Source: an uncultured Candidatus Saccharibacteria bacterium
GTDB taxonomy: Bacteria > Patescibacteriota > JABMPQ01 > JAQVVF01
Direction: 5' to 3'
Length of the DNA: 64,000 bases
NCBI GenBank assembly: GCA_964574655.1
Contig: CAZNOH010000001.1
Span: forward strand, 535,020 to 599,019
Under the pieces are notes generated by a model. The model had not been told where the DNA came from, searched no databases, and saw only the letters and a list, made by a program, of their open reading frames with translations. Positions 10,983 to 19,830 of this stretch are shown here, piece after piece. Position numbers and translations under genes: made by a program. Every line of letters starts with the position of its first letter. Position 1 is the stretch's first letter.

Positions 10983-12161
10983 CTAAATTTCTATTTTACG
11001 TAAATTAAAAGATAACTCTTCTCTATTTTGAAGAGTTTTTTCATATATAATTTCTGTTTCTAAACTTAGGATATCCCAATTATAATTCTCTAGAGCATAA
11101 GCTTTAGCTTTTTCGCCTTTTTCAATTATCAAATCTGTTCTTTTATTTAAGATTTCTAATTTTGAAGCAAGGTCAGAAATATTTTTGTTCATAAATAAGT
11201 AACCTAATCCTGCGAATGCTTCAATGTTTTCTGGAATATTAGAAACTAGAACACATCTTCCATGGCTCATTGCTTCTAAGACAGTAGTTGGCAAACCTTC
11301 AGCTTCTGAAGGCTGTACGTAAAGATAGGCTTTTTTATAAAGCATATGTAAATCTTTGCCAAATACAGCACCGGTTAAAATAATGTTTGGATTGCTTCTA
11401 GCTTTTTCTTTAATGAATTTTACATAATCATCTGTGCATGCTGAATCACCGACAATAACTAATTTTTTGTCAGTTTTAATTTTGTTGAATGCATCAATAA
11501 GATAGTGAATGCCTTTGTGTTTAACTAAACGGCCAACAGTCAAAATGTATTTGTTCTGTTCTAAATTTAATTTTTCTAAAACATCACTTTCTTGATTTTT
11601 AAGATCTAAAAAGTTAATTCCGTTTGGAATATAAACTGTCTTGGTGTTGTATCTTTCTTTGGCAATTTGCCTTAGAATTTTTGAGACAACAATTGTCTGA
11701 TGAGCAAATTTGCATATTGCCCATTCACCAAATTTTAAATATTTGCGAGCTACGAAGCCCCATTTTTGATGATATTGATCTTGGCAGTGAAATGTTGAGA
11801 TAATTTTTGATTTTGTAAATAATCTAGCAATAAAAGCTAGCGTTGATGGTCCAACACCTTGATAATGAATAATATCGTATTTTTGAAATAAAGCGTGAAA
11901 TGTAGAAATTATGGTATGCGAAATCGCGTCAAAATTTTTTGAGTTGATTGAAGGCAAGGAAATTAATCTGACGTTTTTGTAGAATTTAATGTTTGGGTCA
12001 GAATAATTTGGTCTTGAGTAAGCAAAAACTTCATGGCCTTGCTTGGCCAATCTAGTTGCTAAATCTTCTACGTGTCTTTCAACACCGCCCGATTTAGCTG
12101 GAAGTCCTTTTTGTCCGATAAATGCGATTTTCATAAATATAATACGAATATACGAATGCAT
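10983..12161 (-). CDS. glycosyltransferase family 4
   Basis: N-terminal GT4 fold (KGLPAKSGGVERHV) and a C-terminal EAEGLP-type motif. Confidence 0.7.
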   Translation of the reverse strand: MHSYIRIIFMKIAFIGQKGLPAKSGGVERHVEDLATRLAKQGHEVFAYSRPNYSDPNIKFYKNVRLISLPSINSKNFDAISHTIISTFHALFQKYDIIHYQGVGPSTLAFIARLFTKSKIISTFHCQDQYHQKWGFVARKYLKFGEWAICKFAHQTIVVSKILRQIAKERYNTKTVYIPNGINFLDLKNQESDVLEKLNLEQNKYILTVGRLVKHKGIHYLIDAFNKIKTDKKLVIVGDSACTDDYVKFIKEKARSNPNIILTGAVFGKDLHMLYKKAYLYVQPSEAEGLPTTVLEAMSHGRCVLVSNIPENIEAFAGLGYLFMNKNISDLASKLEILNKRTDLIIEKGEKAKAYALENYNWDILSLETEIIYEKTLQNREELSFNLRKIEI

Positions 12162-12503
12162 GCTAATCTACGAATATGCAAATATTCTGATACAAATTTA
12201 GCCCTGCATAACATATATTGAATTTTTGGGTTATTTTGTAAGTCTTATTACAGACCTATAAATATAGCACTTTTTGTATGTTCCGTCAAGGCTTTTTTGT
12301 AAATCTTTGTTTTTTTGGCTTGTTTAAGACATTTCCATTTGGACTGAATATCTTAGCAAATTGTAGTTCTAGTGTCAAGGTTTACTGTGGATAAAACACT
12401 TTAACTAATAAAAAAAGCGTACAAAAGTTGTACGCGATGAACAAGATTGTTATTCAGCAACATTTTTATATAACATATTTATATCTTGCTAATTTCATTT
12501 TGT

Positions 12504-12512
12504 TGGTATAAT
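12504..12512 (+). promoter_or_regulatory. extended -10 promoter element (TGgTATAAT) for the 12551 ORFan
   Basis: tggtataat lies 39-47 nt upstream of the ATG; a TTGCTA-like -35 sits 15 nt upstream. Confidence 0.4.
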
Positions 12513-12550
12513 ATAACTTGAAGTTTGCACCTTAAAGAAGGAGGGACAGA

Positions 12551-13054
12551 ATGACATTAAAAGTCGGGCAAGCTGTTATAATTCGAATATTGGAAGAAGG
12601 TGTTTGTCAGCGCCTGCTTGATGCTTTTGTAGAACGACTTGAGCCACTGACGTTCAGAGTTGCAACTACAGGTAGCTATTGGCACAAAAAATTTCAATTA
12701 TCTCAATGCGAATTTATTGCTCTAGGCCGTATGGAACCGAAGATCTACTGGTTCTGCAGACATACTATTCCTGATCCTCAAGGATTAGGTCAAAAACTAG
12801 ATCTTCGTCTTGTTGCCATTTCAGCATTGTGCGAGGTAACTGCTTGGGAAATTCTTTTCAGATCCCAGGGTGCCAAAATCGGTGATGCTGACTGTGACTT
12901 GCCTACTTTTAAGCAACATTTTCATATTGAAGCTACGACCAGCAACATGGACACTGAAGGAGTGTTGATCATCCACGATTGCTCCTTAGTCGCACCTTTT
13001 TGGATTGCTGATTCTGAGCCTTGCTATACGATTGAGAATATGAAACTGCGTTGA
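12551..13054 (+). CDS. ORFan protein (167 aa) in an intermediate-GC, strong-RBS cassette
   Basis: AAGGAGGG 6 nt before the ATG; G+C and codon usage clearly richer than neighbours; no recognisable domain. Confidence 0.5.
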   Translation: MTLKVGQAVIIRILEEGVCQRLLDAFVERLEPLTFRVATTGSYWHKKFQLSQCEFIALGRMEPKIYWFCRHTIPDPQGLGQKLDLRLVAISALCEVTAWEILFRSQGAKIGDADCDLPTFKQHFHIEATTSNMDTEGVLIIHDCSLVAPFWIADSEPCYTIENMKLR

Positions 13055-13083
13055 TATATTGCACAAGTTTTTTTAAAAAAAAT

Positions 13084-13108
13084 AATCAGCTTTCTAGGCT
13101 GATTTTTC
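13084..13108. terminator. bidirectional intrinsic terminator (ATCAGC-tttctagg-GCTGAT flanked by an A-run and a T-run)
   Basis: Perfect 6 bp stem followed by TTTTT on the plus strand with an A-run before it; lies between convergent genes. Confidence 0.55.
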
Positions 13109-13128
13109 TTGCTTGTTTTATTATATAA

Positions 13129-14343
13129 TTATTTTAATCCCCTGTAAATTTTGATTATTTGTTGATAATGGTCTTCTGAACTATATTTTTGTTCAACAAG
13201 CTTTTTGGCATTATCGCCCATTTTTTTAGCTAGTTCTCGATTGCTGGCTAAGTCGTTTATTTTGCTTGCTAAATCCTGACTATCACCTGTTTTGAATAAT
13301 AAGCCAGTTTGTTTATCTTTGACTATCTCTGGCAAGGCGCCTAAGTTAGATGCAATTACAGGTTTTGCTAAAGCGTAATTTTCTAGAATTGATAAACCAA
13401 AAGTTTCATAAACTTCTGAGGGATGAATTATGAATTGAGAATTGTTAATTTCTTGCTGTATTTTTTCTTGATCCAAAAAACCTAAATACTTAATGTTATT
13501 TAGATTCTCTTTTTTAGCTAAATTCTTAAATTCTTGTTCATCTAGTCCTGATCCTGCGATATGTAATTCAATATTTTTAACATTTTTCATGGCTTTGATC
13601 AAAGTCTTGATTCCTTTTTCTTTAATTAAACGGCCGAAATATAAAATATAGTTTTGCTGATTTTGTGGTTGAATCTCATTATACTCTGTAAAAATAAATT
13701 CAGGCAAAATAGTAATTTGATCAGGCTTAATGATGCCAAATTCTAGAATTTTGTCATAAACAAATTTGCTTGGAGCTAAAAATAAATTAACATTATTTTC
13801 ATAAATTCTGATTAGCTTGTGAAAATACATTTCTTTAGACGCAAGCGCGCTTTGCCAAAATTTGTTTTTAATGCATTTTCTAAATGTGCATTTGTAATAG
13901 CGATATTTTTTGCATTGCTCGCAAAGTTCATTCTTTGAATATAGCGTGTAATTTGGACAAATTAATTTAAAATCATGCAGAGTTTCAACAACTGGAATTT
14001 TGTATTTTTTCGCGACTGTCAAAATTGATGGCGAAATTTGATGGTAAATATTATGAATATGAATTAGATCTGGCTTGGTATCAATAATTAATTGCTCAAA
14101 CTTTTTCTTAGCTTCAAATGAATACAATACTCTTCTGGCTTTTTTAAAATTATAGCCTGGCTTTTCAAAATTAATGTTGCTTACAAAATATTTAGAATAT
14201 TTGCTTGGATAATTTTTTTCATCTTGCATTGAAAAAGGAATGACTTCATGACCCTTTGATTCAAGCAATTTTGTTAAATTAAAATAGTAGCGTTCTGCAC
14301 CGCCTTTTACATAATGAAACTTATTGGCTTGGATTATCTTCAT
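13129..14343 (-). CDS. glycosyltransferase family 4
   Basis: GT4-like N-terminal domain and a conserved C-terminal E-x7-E region (EVYETFGLSILE). Confidence 0.7.
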   Translation of the reverse strand: MKIIQANKFHYVKGGAERYYFNLTKLLESKGHEVIPFSMQDEKNYPSKYSKYFVSNINFEKPGYNFKKARRVLYSFEAKKKFEQLIIDTKPDLIHIHNIYHQISPSILTVAKKYKIPVVETLHDFKLICPNYTLYSKNELCEQCKKYRYYKCTFRKCIKNKFWQSALASKEMYFHKLIRIYENNVNLFLAPSKFVYDKILEFGIIKPDQITILPEFIFTEYNEIQPQNQQNYILYFGRLIKEKGIKTLIKAMKNVKNIELHIAGSGLDEQEFKNLAKKENLNNIKYLGFLDQEKIQQEINNSQFIIHPSEVYETFGLSILENYALAKPVIASNLGALPEIVKDKQTGLLFKTGDSQDLASKINDLASNRELAKKMGDNAKKLVEQKYSSEDHYQQIIKIYRGLK

Positions 14344-14360
14344 ATGTTACTTTTTATATC

Positions 14361-14432
14361 GTCATCTCGAGCGAAGCGAGAGATCCCGTAATTCTATAAA
14401 TTCACGGAATTCCTCACTTCGTTCGGAATGAC
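14361..14432. repeat. palindromic repeat GTCATCTCGAGCGAAGCGAG...CGTTCGGAATGAC (REP/MITE-like)
   Basis: Roughly 30 bp imperfect inverted arms; second copy at 19831-19907; partial cgaagcgaag motif also at about 38215-38235. Confidence 0.55.
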
Positions 14433-14437
14433 ATGTG

Positions 14438-15886
14438 CTATTTTTGGTCTAGCTGATACATTTTATACAAGCTGACAATTAACCCCATAGCTATCCAATA
14501 AAATATATTAAGCATATTTGTAACTAAATACAAGGAGAAAAGCAGGCCAACACAGGTTGCAACGTAAAATGCAAATAAAGCAATTAATTCAGGCATTTCT
14601 TCAATTTTGGTTTTGTAGAGCTTAATAAAATATTTTATTAAATAATAATTGATAAATAAAAATGGAATAAGACCGATGATTCCAGCTTGAATTAAGACTC
14701 CCAATAGCTCATTATGCAAAGCACGCATTTCTACAGTTGAAACAAATCCTTTGAATTCGACATTAAGCATTTTTCCAAAACCAATACCTAGAATTGGATT
14801 TTTGGCATATTGCACTAATCCTTCTTGCCAGGCTTTCAAACGCCAGCCAGCTGCTTCCTCGATGTTGCCAGATTTTAGAGTAAATAAAGACTGAACTCTT
14901 TCTGTAAATCTTTGCGCATAAGTAGAGGCTTTAATATTTATATCTGCATTTAACATGGCTGTAATCCAGATGAACAATGAAAAAACAATTAGGACAACGA
15001 GCAAAATTCCAAAAATATTTTTCAAAGCAACTTTTCTTTTTTCTTTGTCTGATAAGAGAAAAATTGTGGCAAGGCCGGATAAAAATCCAAGCCAAAGATG
15101 TCGATGCATACCAGCAACAATGCCAACTGATTGGACTAAAATGACTGCTTGAGTTTTGATGTGGCCATAAATTTCTTTGCCATATATTAAAAAGACTATT
15201 GCAATAAAGACTGGCAGTAAAAGATAATAGGTATGCGTCTGAGCTAAGAATCTTGTTCCTGGAGTAAATTCACTCCACAAACCATTTCCAGTAGCTAAGC
15301 CATAAATAACAAAGCCAATTAAAATAATACCGCCTGCAAGAAAAACTTTGATAATTCTTTTGAACTGAACTTTTGTTCTAATTATAAATATTGTTAAAAA
15401 TAAAATTAATAAATAGCTGTAGTTCTTAAATGTTGCTAAAGCTAATTCTTTGTCAGGATTTTTGATAATGCTATAAACTAGAGCTGCTATCAAGGCTAGA
15501 AAAAAGATGAATGTTGCTTTTTCTAATCTGGTGTATCTTATTTCTTTACTATTGAGATTTCCAAAATGATGAATCAAAAAACTGATAAAAGTAATAATTA
15601 GCAAAACGTCAATTGGATAAATCTTGTAGATATTAATGTCTAGAATAATTGGCTGCAAGGTAAAGAATCTTTCATAAATCATTGTACAAAGGATAATTGT
15701 GTACAAGCCAACTTCTGGGACTTTTAGAATAAATAACGAGGCAAATCCAATTCCGAAAAGATATAAATAAATATTAAAAGGTATAAAAAGGGTTGGTAGG
15801 ATAAAAATGCTGACATAAATAAAACAAAGCACAGTATAGATTGTGGATTTTGATAAATTCTGAATTTTGTTTTTGATTGATGCCAT
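14438..15886 (-). CDS. O-antigen ligase/polymerase-like polytopic membrane protein (Wzy_C-like)
   Basis: About 10-12 predicted TM helices with a large loop; context among GT4 genes. Confidence 0.5.
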   Translation of the reverse strand: MASIKNKIQNLSKSTIYTVLCFIYVSIFILPTLFIPFNIYLYLFGIGFASLFILKVPEVGLYTIILCTMIYERFFTLQPIILDINIYKIYPIDVLLIITFISFLIHHFGNLNSKEIRYTRLEKATFIFFLALIAALVYSIIKNPDKELALATFKNYSYLLILFLTIFIIRTKVQFKRIIKVFLAGGIILIGFVIYGLATGNGLWSEFTPGTRFLAQTHTYYLLLPVFIAIVFLIYGKEIYGHIKTQAVILVQSVGIVAGMHRHLWLGFLSGLATIFLLSDKEKRKVALKNIFGILLVVLIVFSLFIWITAMLNADINIKASTYAQRFTERVQSLFTLKSGNIEEAAGWRLKAWQEGLVQYAKNPILGIGFGKMLNVEFKGFVSTVEMRALHNELLGVLIQAGIIGLIPFLFINYYLIKYFIKLYKTKIEEMPELIALFAFYVATCVGLLFSLYLVTNMLNIFYWIAMGLIVSLYKMYQLDQK

Positions 15887-15957
15887 ATCAGTATATGTTT
15901 TTAGATTAACATAATTTTTGAATAAAAAAAAGCAGTATTAAATTGGTAACTGCTTGA

Positions 15958-16024
15958 TGGTGCCCGGAGCGGGATTCGCCCTGCCATGAAGGCAGGGCGC
16001 CCCGCCCTTGTGGCGGGGCGAACC
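15958..16024 (-). pseudogene. partial duplicate of the tRNA-Leu 3' end interrupted by two GC-rich mini-hairpins
   Basis: tggtgcccggagcgggattcg (identical to the tRNA 3' terminus), then ccctgccatgaaggcagggcg and ccccgcccttgtggcggggcg, then aacc. Confidence 0.5.
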
Positions 16025-16066
16025 CAAATTATAAGCAAAAAAAACAGCACATTACTATGCTGTTGA

Positions 16067-16150
16067 TGGTGCCCGGAGCGGGATTCGAACCCGCATGTCT
16101 TGCGACGGAGGATTTTAAGTCCCCTGCGGCTACCTTTTCGCCATCCGGGC
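16067..16150 (-). tRNA. tRNA-Leu (anticodon TAA), long variable arm, CCA encoded
   Basis: Reverse complement folds as a cloverleaf: acceptor GCCCGGA/TCCGGGC, anticodon loop CTTAAAA, long variable arm, T-arm GGTTCGAATCC. Confidence 0.8.
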
Positions 16151-16272
16151 TGAAGGAACAGAAGGTACGCGTTTTTTGTAACATTGCATTATACTACAAT
16201 GGCCAAATTTGTCAATGTTTTGTGCTTACAAATCTCACGAATGCCTTAAGCTCGAATAACACTAATATACGA

Positions 16273-16554
16273 AACTCGGTTTTTTCTTGTTTAAGGCTCG
16301 GCTTTTTACTTAAAGATTTAATGTATTTTTATATTATTTTTGCTAGATAATTATAATTTTGAAACATGTGCAAAGCCGAGCCTTTTAAATCAATGCTCTT
16401 ACTATAAATTAAAAGGTTCGGCCTTATCAAAAATCCATATCTAAATTGCTTAACAAAATTATTCTAAGATATGTATTGTTTTCTTCAATCAAAAGACCGA
16501 ACCTTGTACTAAAAAATTCATTCTTTAACTCTCATTCTTTGAACTCGGTTTTCG
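16273..16554. repeat. nested inverted-repeat pairs bounded by a direct repeat, between tRNA-Leu and the high-GC block
   Basis: AACTCGGTTTT at 16273 and 16542; AAGGCTCGGCTTT (16293) vs AAAGCCGAGCCTT (16372); AAGGTTCGGCCTT (16411) vs AAGaCCGAACCTT (16491). Confidence 0.45.
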
Positions 16555-16691
16555 AAAAAGCATTGGAGTGAGCACAAAAAAAGAGCCCACTGAAAGTGAA
16601 CTCTTGAAGGAACGAACGCTGAAAGAACTGGAATTGTTGGAGAGAAGCCGCACCCGACGCACTTGCGTTTGTCGGATGGGAACTGAAGATT

Positions 16692-17276
16692 CTAGGGGAG
16701 CTTGAGGTAGTGGCCGCCGGAGGGATCCGACATGATCTTGAGACCATCGTAGACGTTGCATCCGACGACGGTCAGCCAGTCTTCGCCACTCCGAGGCCAC
16801 GCGGAATCGACACCAGCAGGAATCATCGCGCAAGCACCGTTGTTCGCCGTCTGCAGAGCGCAGACCGGCTCGACCCCAGGAGGCATGCACCCGAAGGTCC
16901 ACGCACCGAGGCCGACGATGTTGCCGCAGATCTGGCCGTTGTCGATCCACACCTCGCATATATCGGTGTCGGGCGGATTGTTGGGCACGCACTGGGTCTG
17001 GCCCGCCTGGCACTCGTTGCCACCTTCGCCTTCGCCCTCGCAGCCGCAGTCGCACCCCTCGCCCTCGCCTTCGCCACCGTCCACCACGCCACTGTCCGTC
17101 TCACCCTCGCCCTCGTTGCCCTCACCTTCTCCTTCTCCCTCACCTTCACCCTCGCCCTCGACGCCCTCACCCTCGCCCTCGTTGCCGTTGTCCTCCATGT
17201 CCTTCTCGCGCAGGGCGCAGTTCGTGTTGATGATCGTCAGGCCGAACAGGATCCACATCGTCGCGCGCTTCATCAC
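16692..17276 (-). CDS. secreted protein with (EG)n repeat and Cys-rich C-terminal domain, in the high-GC island
   Basis: GGAGGAGG RBS; N-terminal signal peptide; GEGEGEGEG tract; 14 cysteines; GC-rich codon usage unlike the host. Confidence 0.5.
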   Translation of the reverse strand: MMKRATMWILFGLTIINTNCALREKDMEDNGNEGEGEGVEGEGEGEGEGEGEGNEGEGETDSGVVDGGEGEGEGCDCGCEGEGEGGNECQAGQTQCVPNNPPDTDICEVWIDNGQICGNIVGLGAWTFGCMPPGVEPVCALQTANNGACAMIPAGVDSAWPRSGEDWLTVVGCNVYDGLKIMSDPSGGHYLKLP

Positions 17277-17351
17277 AGCACCTCCTCCTCTCTCGTTGAC
17301 TCACCCGAACCGGGCGCTCGACTCCTTGCGAAGCCGAGCGCCCGGACGACT

Positions 17352-18416
17352 CTAGAACCGCACGCCGAAGTTACCGGCGCCGGACTTGATCATCTGCCAC
17401 CCACGCCGGTCCTCCACGTCACCCTTGAGCTCGCCACGCATCTCGTAGATGAACGACCAGCCCTCGAGCTTCGCGAGTTCTCCGACGAATCCCACGCCAC
17501 CACCGACCTCACCGCGACCGAAGTACATGTGGGTGTCGAGGTCGAACGTCCTGCCGATCAGACAGAAGTGTGGCTTGATCCACTGCTTCCAGTCGTACTC
17601 GGCGTTCAGCTCGAACCCGGCAGCACCGACCTCGTTGGCCTTGCCGTACTGCGCGCCCACCCCGATGGTCCAGCTCTCGCTGACCGGGAAGTTGACACGG
17701 AGCATGGCTCCGACGAAGTTGTCGCGCTCGGGGCTCCAGAGGTACTGTCCGACCAGGTCGTAGGTGATGTTCACCTTGGCCTCGCCGTCGTCACCCCTGC
17801 AATCCATCACGTCGCACTTCGTGTCCTTGTTCACGTCCTCATCACCATCACACTTGTAGTTTTCATTGCTGTCCCAGCACTGGACCGACGGCTTGGGCAG
17901 GCAGTCTTCCACGAGCCGGATGATAGCACCGCGCTGCCCTTCCTGGGCTCGCGTGAACATCGTCCCCTCGCGGATTCTGTTGCCGTTGACACCGATCTCC
18001 ATCAGCTTGTTCATCATGTAGCTCGCCCGCGCCCGCGCCCGAACAGCCCTGAGCGGATCCTGACCCCCAGCAGCGCGCACCTCTGCGGTGCCGCCGAACG
18101 GGGTCACGTCCTCCACCCCGCTGACTTCCAGGCATCCGAACTGAGCGGTATCCAGAGTAGCCTTGGCGCCGTTGAGGGCGTCGGTCCACTCCGTCTTCCA
18201 GCTCACGTTCTGCCCGGTCAGGTCGGCGTTGAGGAACGTCCAGATCTTCTTCTGCGCGGTTGCCCGGTCTTCCTCGGCCACGGGGGCCTCGGGAGCCGGC
18301 TGCGCGTAGGCGATCTGTCCCTCCTCGTCGTCCATCCAGAAGTAGTTGTAGGGGTTGATGTTGAAGAAACCGCAGATGAAAACCACCACCATCAGCCAGT
18401 TGATCTTGCGCTTCAT
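17352..18416 (-). CDS. outer-membrane-protein-like protein (OmpA-like segment, Asp-rich Ca-binding-like motif, C-terminal Phe), in the high-GC island
   Basis: RBS GAGGAGG; signal peptide; segment RAVRARARASYMMNKLMEIGVNGNRIR resembles the OmpA C-terminal domain; CDGDEDVNKDTKCDVMDCRGDDGE; alternating beta-strand-like C-terminal half ending GVRF. Confidence 0.45.
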   Translation of the reverse strand: MKRKINWLMVVVFICGFFNINPYNYFWMDDEEGQIAYAQPAPEAPVAEEDRATAQKKIWTFLNADLTGQNVSWKTEWTDALNGAKATLDTAQFGCLEVSGVEDVTPFGGTAEVRAAGGQDPLRAVRARARASYMMNKLMEIGVNGNRIREGTMFTRAQEGQRGAIIRLVEDCLPKPSVQCWDSNENYKCDGDEDVNKDTKCDVMDCRGDDGEAKVNITYDLVGQYLWSPERDNFVGAMLRVNFPVSESWTIGVGAQYGKANEVGAAGFELNAEYDWKQWIKPHFCLIGRTFDLDTHMYFGRGEVGGGVGFVGELAKLEGWSFIYEMRGELKGDVEDRRGWQMIKSGAGNFGVRF

Positions 18417-18674
18417 CGTCTTGCCCTCCTCATCCTCGTTCTCTCGTGTTGTAGGGTCCTAACCCTGTTGTCGGAATCTGTAGAAAGTAACATTGAATAC
18501 TAGCACAATTGAAAAAATTTGTCAACAGGATTTGATGGTTTTACCTTATATAAGCCAAAATTTAACTCTAATTTGTTATAATTATGTTTATTTGGTAAAA
18601 TAGAAGCATTAAGTTATAAGCTATAAGCTATATTTTCTTATTGCTTACAGCTTTTAGCTATAGCTCAAAAAAAC

Positions 18675-19829
18675 ATGAAAAAATCATTATTTCTCACCTT
18701 CTTTTTTCCGCCAGAACGAGGTGGAATTCAAAATTATCTGTATAATATTTGCAAAAGATTGCCTAAAGAATCAGTCGTTGTTTGGGCACCAATTAATTCG
18801 AATTCTTTCGATTTTGACAAAAAACAAGGCTTCAAAATTGTCCGAAAAAGTTATAATAGCGCATTGCGAATGTTTGGTTTGAGCAGTCTGGAATATTTTT
18901 TTACAGTCCGAAAATTAGTTAAACAAAATAAGATAAATATTATTCATTGCGGGCATATTCATCCAATGGGCATGACTGCTTATTTGATTAAAAAGATTTT
19001 GCATATCCCCTACATTGTTTATACTTATGGAACTGAGATGAAAGAAATAGAAAGCAAGTCTGGATTCACAAAGAAGATGATGAAAAAGGTATTAGATTCC
19101 GCGCAAAATATTGTTGTGACAACTGATTATATGCAAGATTATATAGTGTCCAAATTCAATTTTTCTAGAGACGAAAAAATTCTAGATAAAAAATTTATTA
19201 AAATTTGTCCTGGCGTTAATTCTGATCTTTTTCATCCTTTAGATTCTTTCAAAATTAAACAAAGATTTGGACTAGAAGATCAAAAGATTATCTTGACTTG
19301 CGGAAGATTGGTGCCTCGCAAGAATCATGAAATGGTAATCAAGGCAATGCCAAATGTTTTGAAGCGCGTGCCAAATGCAAAGTATTATATTGTCGGCAAT
19401 GGTCCGACTTTAGAAAAATTAAGGCTGTTAATTAGAAATTTAAGGCTTGATGATAAAGTAAAAATTTTTACTAAAGTTTCTGATAAGGATTTGAATTTTT
19501 ATTATAATGTTGCAGATGTATTCATAATGGCATCTAAAGAAATTGACAATAAAAAGGATATTGAAGGATTTGGGCTTGTTTACTTGGAGGCCAATGCATG
19601 CAAAAAGCCAGTTATTGCTGGCAATACTGGAGGCGTAGCTGAAGCTGTACTTGATGGTCAAACTGGGATTTTAGTCAATCCAGAAAACATAAAAGAAATT
19701 ACTGATGCGTTAGTTAAGATATTGCGAAATGATGAGCTGGCAAGAGACTTGGGTGAATTTGGATATGAACGAGCTGTAAATGAATTTAGTTGGGACAAAT
19801 TGGTGCAAAAATTAATGAGAATATTATAA
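18675..19829 (+). CDS. glycosyltransferase family 4
   Basis: GT4 architecture with a C-terminal EGFGLVYLEANACKKPVIAG motif. Confidence 0.7.
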   Translation: MKKSLFLTFFFPPERGGIQNYLYNICKRLPKESVVVWAPINSNSFDFDKKQGFKIVRKSYNSALRMFGLSSLEYFFTVRKLVKQNKINIIHCGHIHPMGMTAYLIKKILHIPYIVYTYGTEMKEIESKSGFTKKMMKKVLDSAQNIVVTTDYMQDYIVSKFNFSRDEKILDKKFIKICPGVNSDLFHPLDSFKIKQRFGLEDQKIILTCGRLVPRKNHEMVIKAMPNVLKRVPNAKYYIVGNGPTLEKLRLLIRNLRLDDKVKIFTKVSDKDLNFYYNVADVFIMASKEIDNKKDIEGFGLVYLEANACKKPVIAGNTGGVAEAVLDGQTGILVNPENIKEITDALVKILRNDELARDLGEFGYERAVNEFSWDKLVQKLMRIL

Positions 19830-19830
19830 C

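Noticed and set aside
16057-16350. 97-aa ORF overlapping tRNA-Leu
   Set aside because: It reads straight through the tRNA gene and the inverted-repeat region; an artefact.
16990-17230. Tandem GCCCTCGCC repeats as a possible CRISPR or VNTR array
   Set aside because: The repeats are in-frame coding repeats (the EGEGEG tract) of the secreted protein; there is no spacer structure.
17352-18416. Calling the 354-aa protein OmpA
   Set aside because: Only a short OmpA_C-like segment is recognisable and the domain order is atypical; it is kept as an outer-membrane-protein-like hypothetical.
16710-18503. 597-aa plus-strand ORF, and five shorter ORFs from the track (16525-17055, 16756-17355, 16823-17170, 17449-17763, 17863-18189), inside the high-GC block
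   Set aside because: They are antisense to or overlap the two RBS-supported minus-strand genes. GC-rich sequence is naturally stop-poor, the proteins are low-complexity (A/R/P/L-rich), and they have no start context.
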